Source of the DNA: Podarcis pityusensis
Lineage: Eukaryota
Reading direction: 5' to 3' (one strand)
NCBI GenBank assembly: GCA_964106645.2
Contig: OZ067051.1
Length of the DNA stretch: 64,000 nt
How positions within the stretch are numbered: position 1 is the first letter of the stretch; every line of letters starts with the position of its first letter. Positions 60,301 to 64,000 of this stretch are shown piece by piece. The notes beneath the pieces were generated by a model. That model did not search any database and was not told where the DNA came from. It was given only the letters and a program-made list of their open reading frames with translations. A program made the translations under genes and the position numbers.

Positions 60301-63300
60301 GTAGTACAGCTGCTGCCACACACTGACCCAGATATTCTGGAATGAAACAGTCACATCAAATTCAAACCCAGTCTTATATACATACACTCCACAGAGCAGA
60401 GCGCAGCTCCAGAGGATTTTATTTATTCAAAAGAATATTTAAGCCACTTAATATTTTAAAGTATCCGTGTCAAGTGAAACCAAGCTGAGAGGAGAAAATT
60501 ATCCACAGAGGGCGAGCAAAAGGGCATTTCACTCTTAAACATGGGTAGGCAAACTAGGGCCCAGATCCAGCCCAATCACCTTCTAAATCCAGCCCGCAGA
60601 CGGTCGGGGAATCAGCGTCTTTTTATATGAGTAGAATGTGTGCTTTTATTTAAAATGCATCTCTGAGTTATTTGTGGGGCATAGGAATTCGTTCATTTTT
60701 ATTTTTATTTCGAAAATATAGTCCAGCCCCCCACAAGGTCTGAGGGACAGTGGACCGGCCCTCTGCTGAAAAAGTTTGCTGATCCCTGCTTAAGCATCCA
60801 ACAAGATGCAGCAGCTCCATGAAATGCTCTTGTGGTAAGTGATGGTGGGAGAAGCAGGTGCCCTTCCACTTGTGCAAGCCAGGGCTATTGCTATGTAGCT
60901 GTGGCTAAGATGGGGAGAAGTGGCCAAGGGGTGGTGGTATGAGAGCCATGTCACCGGCAGTACTGCTCCCTGCCTTGCAAGGCTTTTTCCACTTGGCCTG
61001 GGAAGACTGACTCCAGCTACAAAAGCTGAGGCTGCTGAACAGATTCTTAGGTTGGGGGGGTGTAGTTGGGGGCAGGGTAGTTGTTCTTGTTTCTATTAAT
61101 TGTTTTGTGCCTTTATTTTAAATCTTATTATGATTTATGTGGAAACTGTTTAATTTGGTTGTGCACTATTTGATGTTTTATTTACCGTTTATGACAACTT
61201 ACATTTGCAATTATGTGTCATTTTTAATGTTACAAGCTGCCTTGAGGATGGCTTTAACTATGGAAAGGTGACATGCAAATAAAATTATGTATGTATATAT
61301 GTTCTAGTGTACACTGCTGGGAGCCCTGGGCCCCTGTACGTTGGAAGGAGGTGTGTCATAGGCTAAGCCCCTAGGAGATCCACACAGCTTCAGTCATGTG
61401 GCTTTTTTCCTACCTGCTCCTGTGACTGTGTGATTAGGGAGCTGCTCTGTGAAGCTGGAGGCTGCGGCCTCTCCCTATCCAATCCCAAATTAATGCTGCT
61501 TGCAGAATACCCAGAAGGAAGAAGCAATGCCTTGCAGAGGTCACCTTCAGCATTTTGCAGGAAAGGAACTCAAACCTGTGCCCCACTTTCCCAATACAGC
61601 CCTTTTTCAAGTCTTACTGGTGTAAGTTTGGGTAAAGTGGCAGTTGCTGTAACTAGACTACAGCATTACAGCACCCAGATCAAGGGAAGTAATAGTTCCA
61701 CTCTATTCTGCCTTGCTCAAACCCCACCTGGGCACCACATTTTAAGAAGGATATGGACAAGCTGGAACATGGGCAGAGGAGGGCCACTAACATGATAAAG
61801 GGTCTACAAATCAAGTCTTATGAGGAACAGTTGAAGGAGTTGTGTACGTTTAGCCTGGAAGAGAAGACTGAAAAGTGATAAACCTCCTTCCTTGGAGGGT
61901 TTTCAGCAGAGGTTGGATGAGTTTCCTACATTGCAGGGGGTTGGGCTGGATAACCCTTGGGGTCCCTTCCAACCCTACAATTCTATGATTCTATTTGTAT
62001 TGGGGGCAGATAGGTATATATTTATACCTGGACAAGGTGGTAGAGAGAAATGTCGGAAGGCAAGGTCCCATGACTGGTATACTGGGGGAAGAGGGCTGCT
62101 CTCAGCTTGGGATAAGGAGCAAGGGCCATCCTGAAGAGCTGGGCATCTACTTTCTGTCCTCCATCTCCATTCTGAAGGACCTACAATGAAGAAGAAGAAC
62201 CTGAATACACTTGCAAGGAAATGGGAACCGAACAGTTCATTGGCACAAGCCACAGCACCTGGCACAAGGCTTTATCTGCACCTTCAGAGAAAGAACACGA
62301 CCCAAATTTTCTGAGGCTGCTGGCATTTAAGATCTTTTTGACATTTGCTGTCACTTTGAAAGGAAAAGGTCATCAACAGCCTGCCAATATTCTACAGCAT
62401 ACCTGGTCAATACCTCCAGGGGTGTACATTGTGGTGGCAAGAGCAAGGAGCGTTCGGCCTTCCAACAGCATTGTGCTCACACTGGCCTGGTTGCTGGGAA
62501 TCAAGATCTGGGCGTTTGCCAGGCTAGCTTGGAAAATCTTATTTGCATCTGGAGGGAGGAAAGAAAGAAAAAACTGTTGCCTTGTTTTCCATTATTATAC
62601 CCTGTTTTCTGCCCAAGAACAGGCTCCAAAGGCGGATGGCAAAGAGAAGAAATTCACACATTATTATTTATTATTTTTATTATTATTTGATTTCTTACCT
62701 GCCCTTCACCATTACAACAATTTTAAAATACAATATTAAAACCAGTTAAAACACAGCAAAACTTTAAAAGGCCAAACACATGGCAACAATAATAGTTGAT
62801 CAACAGTTGACTTTTCTAACATCAGCCAGAATGTTACCTCCAATTTAAATAAAAATAAAAATCCAACCCATGGCATATACAATCCTCTCTCTGAAAGCTC
62901 CCTGTGGGGAAGGTTCCATAGATGGGGCACTGCTATAACTAGTTCCCCCACCACAATGCTGTAGGTAGGGGAACCTGGAGCAGGACTTACCACCCCTTTG
63001 AGTTGGGTCCAGAAATCAACCAGGAGTCAGTTAAGAACAAAAAAGATTTCATTCCTATGTCGAAAGCCCAGTACGTTCTGGACCAGCTGTTGCATCCAAA
63101 CGTTTTTTAAAGGCAGCCCCATATAAAGCACACTGCAGAAACCTAATCTTTGAGGTTAGCAGACTGTTATTGACAGTGGCTGGGTCTCCATTTCTCAGAA
63201 TAGGATGCCAGAAAACCCACAGACCAGACAACGCTGGTATAAAAGGTGCTCGTCCCCACAGCGACCACCTAAGCATCCACAGAAAAGGTCAAGCCCAGGT

Positions 63301-63539
63301 GAGTTCCAACCTGACCATTTAGGGAGAATCCATCATCACTTTGGATGGTCAATGGCTCACAAATGTTTGTTTTTCATCAGAATTGCACAAAGAACATTGG
63401 CCCAGAAGAGAATCACAGATGAAGGTTCCTACCTCCAGAATTGCTGGCGATGGCTCGACACCGCACTAAAAACTCAAACCACGGATGAGCTTCGTGAAGT
63501 GCTTTGTCATCCAAAAGAGGGCAATTTGAAGGAAATAAA
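45495..63539 (-). CDS. SPG11: Spatacsin, 3' part (last 24 coding exons, about exons 17-40); 5' part lies right of the window
   Basis: 24 exons sum to 4318 nt (1 nt + 1438 codons + TAG), all phase-compatible. Recognisable segments HPWFEFLV, LALATTMYTPGG, ERLDFSYFLRHERPSFAF, LTGIGRYNEMTYIFDLL, and C-terminal DAQTGCCLKDLLAN. Confidence 0.97.
46118..46269 (-). CDS. SPG11: SPG11 exon (about 39)
   Basis: cccag|AAIVAEAYDFIPDWAEVLYQHVILKGDFSYLEEY...EEIAR|gtgagt. Confidence 0.94.
46384..46539 (-). CDS. SPG11: SPG11 exon (about 38)
   Basis: cttag|DFCVRQSLRCNRLTKLITLQLHFLN...LPRFYQ|gtaagg. Confidence 0.94.
46760..46848 (-). CDS. SPG11: SPG11 exon (about 37), GC donor
   Basis: tttcag|EECLQDVPNLKKLLMKALTLYIDAAESYSK|gcaaga. 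Confidence 0.88.
47068..47277 (+). mobile_element. Squam3-like tRNA-derived SINE (internally deleted)
   Basis: GAGAGCCAGCGTGGTGTAGTGGTTAAGAGC A-box, gggttcacttcccc B-box-like, L2-like tail ttagccgctttgagactccttcgggtagtgataaag, ending in (TCT)n. Confidence 0.8.
47605..47773 (-). CDS. SPG11: SPG11 exon (about 36)
   Basis: ggcag|SGTLKTALLDYIKRCRPGDSEKHNMIALCFSMCREIGENHE...SQPW|gtaagt. Confidence 0.94.
48286..48316. repeat. (GGCA)n microsatellite
   Basis: Directly visible. Confidence 0.85.
48471..48578 (-). CDS. SPG11: SPG11 exon (about 35)
   Basis: caaag|VRLLTGIGRYNEMTYIFDLLHEKHYFEVLMRKKLDP|gtgagt. Confidence 0.94.
49046..49179 (-). CDS. SPG11: SPG11 exon (about 34)
   Basis: ttcag|TELLILAHNCFSLTCHMEGITRVLQAARLLTEEHLAPNEEYGLV|gtacgt. 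Confidence 0.94.
49869..50006 (-). CDS. SPG11: SPG11 exon (about 33); an alternative in-frame acceptor would extend it to 50048
   Basis: tacag|QKQILNPAEESQAFLQLAKLCQDHTLVGMKLLDKISSVPHGELAC|gtaagt. Confidence 0.88.
50178..50379 (-). CDS. SPG11: SPG11 exon (about 32)
   Basis: tgcag|ELGCPFSEISAHDSEKLLRVILSSQQPDRCKKAQAF...ELLAPLQGKG|gtgagt. Confidence 0.9.
50546..50688 (-). CDS. SPG11: SPG11 exon (about 31)
   Basis: ttcag|SSLESWSFV...ECVHGRNYCRQVLCLFELSK|gtgcgt. Confidence 0.92.
51250..52021 (-). CDS. SPG11: SPG11 large exon (about 30), 772 nt
   Basis: tgcag|VLQNMHLLQQIGHW...LLTLAGHWLA...EASRVCRYFNFY...KKQSLS|gtaagt (inside ORF 51242..52075). Confidence 0.95.
52190..52335 (+). mobile_element. 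L2 LINE ORF2 relic in an SPG11 intron
   Basis: EHVPTALRDLRWLPDYYRTQSKVMALTDK resembles the L2 H-x-T-P-x-L-x-x-LHWLP...FK motif. Confidence 0.6.
52563..52777 (-). CDS. SPG11: SPG11 exon (about 29)
   Basis: cttag|GPDMKKLSALSFTLKDS...ARKVAELAELPVDNVVIQE|gtgcgc. Confidence 0.94.
53541..53703 (-). CDS. SPG11: SPG11 exon (about 28)
   Basis: cacag|LQASPEGPPLLLPVPWLVSQASFLLELMLQQCRTQYELGKVLQLFAD...LPH|gtaagg. Confidence 0.93.
54024..54131 (-). CDS. SPG11: SPG11 exon (about 27)
   Basis: ttcag|DSPLLMILELYELCMDYRNYSEAQSRLLAFQASISR|gtaagc. Confidence 0.93.
54545..54745 (-). CDS. SPG11: SPG11 exon (about 26)
   Basis: ggaag|DTSIIHCLCVWLITSLD...HEWDLQDLATLWQTLLQRQKIQTLLRGFQFFLK|gtaact; weak AAG acceptor. 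Confidence 0.9.
54924..55196 (-). CDS. SPG11: SPG11 exon (about 25)
   Basis: cccag|VVPILQEFPPPLQDHLRLALE...EAVKHQAPILSILAACFQ|gtaaga. Confidence 0.93.
55591..55750 (-). CDS. SPG11: SPG11 exon (about 24)
   Basis: catag|TSSEARKQWSLVAQFCRLHGLKLSMSYLKVCARSSEWLQFLIEAQRYNYQPSE|gtaagg. Confidence 0.94.
56737..56845 (-). CDS. SPG11: SPG11 exon (about 23)
   Basis: tgcag|EKLTQLAEGEKTAAEELLVCLEEAVWDKMEHQEIS|gtgagt. Confidence 0.93.
57212..57417 (-). CDS. SPG11: SPG11 exon (about 22)
   Basis: cctag|IQQAGNDAYSLALSFFYVPSVASACACFLELLGLDSLKLRVDVKAAN...IRQSL|gtagtg. Confidence 0.93.
57725..57890 (-). CDS. SPG11: SPG11 exon (about 21)
   Basis: tttag|DTCSDLPHFSSAAFVNKYAVVERLDFSYFLRHERPSFAFGTFLVQQL...PKQL|gtgagt. 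Confidence 0.94.
60126..60192 (-). CDS. SPG11: SPG11 exon (about 20)
   Basis: ttcag|ALVPFDPTKLFGWQSANTLVIP|gtaggt. Confidence 0.93.
60540..60788. mobile_element. Non-autonomous hAT (Charlie-type) element
   Basis: TIRs CATGGGTAGGCAAAC / GTTTGCTGATCCCTG; 3' end ggtctgagggacagtggaccggccctctgctgaaaaagtttg. Confidence 0.8.
61670..61993 (+). mobile_element. CR1 LINE 3' fragments
   Basis: agggaagtaatagttccactctattctgccttg...tttaagaaggatatggacaagctggaac...tatgaggaacagttgaaggag...ggggtcccttccaaccctacaattctatgattctat. Confidence 0.8.
62028..62180 (-). CDS. SPG11: SPG11 exon (about 19)
   Basis: tgtag|VLQNGDGGQKVDAQLFRMALAPYPKLRAALFPQY...SDISLYHLVQ|gtataa. Confidence 0.93.
62403..62548 (-). CDS. SPG11: SPG11 exon (about 18)
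   Basis: tccag|DANKIFQASLANAQILIPSNQASVSTMLLEGRTLLALATTMYTPGGIDQ|gtatgc. Confidence 0.94.
63433..63539 (-). CDS. SPG11: SPG11 exon (about 17)
   Basis: tgcag|LFPSNCPLLDDKALHEAHPWFEFLVRCRAIASNSG|gtagga. Confidence 0.93.
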
Positions 63540-64000
63540 CTGCAAAATCAAGGACACAATATCAATTTCATAGAATAAAAAAGAAAAACAAGTTATTTCC
63601 CCCTTCTAAAATATGGGCCAGTAGACGGCTGGGCAAGCAGCCACATGGATTTTGAGAAGACCAACTGCTCTGGCAGGAGTAAAAGAGACTGATGTCTTAG
63701 TTAGCTAGGGGTGTACTGGCCACACAGACCCCACTGGGCAAGCACTCTCTCATCTCTGCTCCTTTAGGTTACAAAATTAGATGATGCTCCAGCTGCAGAG
63801 TCCTGAATAAAGCTCCATTGGAGGAAGGCAACAGTCTGGGGGCATGGGGAGAAGTTCTGCTGCCTTTGTTCTGAAAACATTTTGGAGGGGGTGGTGGAAG
63901 GAGGATGTCTGACGAGGCTTCACCAACCTGAACTACAACTCCCATCACAGGTAGACAAAGCAGGTAGACACATATACAAATGTGTGTATACGAAACCACT

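Noticed and set aside
62221-62739. 172-aa plus-strand ORF and other plus-strand ORFs over SPG11 exons
   Set aside because: Antisense shadows of real SPG11 coding exons

Overview
Vertebrate genomic DNA, very likely a squamate (lacertid-type lizard) because it carries a full Sauria/Squam1 SINE, a Squam3-like SINE, BovB tails and lizard-type hAT and Tc1/mariner MITEs. It holds the conserved CTDSPL2 - EIF3J - SPG11 block. CTDSPL2 (SCP4 phosphatase, + strand) has a complete 12-exon CDS at 10401-28899 (1401 nt, 466 aa); its first non-coding exon and promoter probably lie left of the window, and its long 3' UTR contains two N-gaps. EIF3J (+ strand) has a CpG-island promoter and a complete 8-exon CDS at 35818-43245 (254 aa). 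SPG11/spatacsin (- strand) contributes its last 24 coding exons (63539 to 45495, 1438 codons plus stop) and converges tail-to-tail on EIF3J. All exon chains were assembled by hand and are phase-consistent. I found no novel protein-coding system. The most interesting signals are regulatory: two GC-AG introns, a tandem donor and an in-frame alternative acceptor in SPG11, an AUG-UGA start-stop uORF 10 nt before the CTDSPL2 start, a TISU plus TOP-like EIF3J start, a candidate spliced divergent transcript from the EIF3J promoter, a probable solo LTR and several hairpin-forming MITEs. Exon numbers and comparisons to human are from memory, not from a database search.
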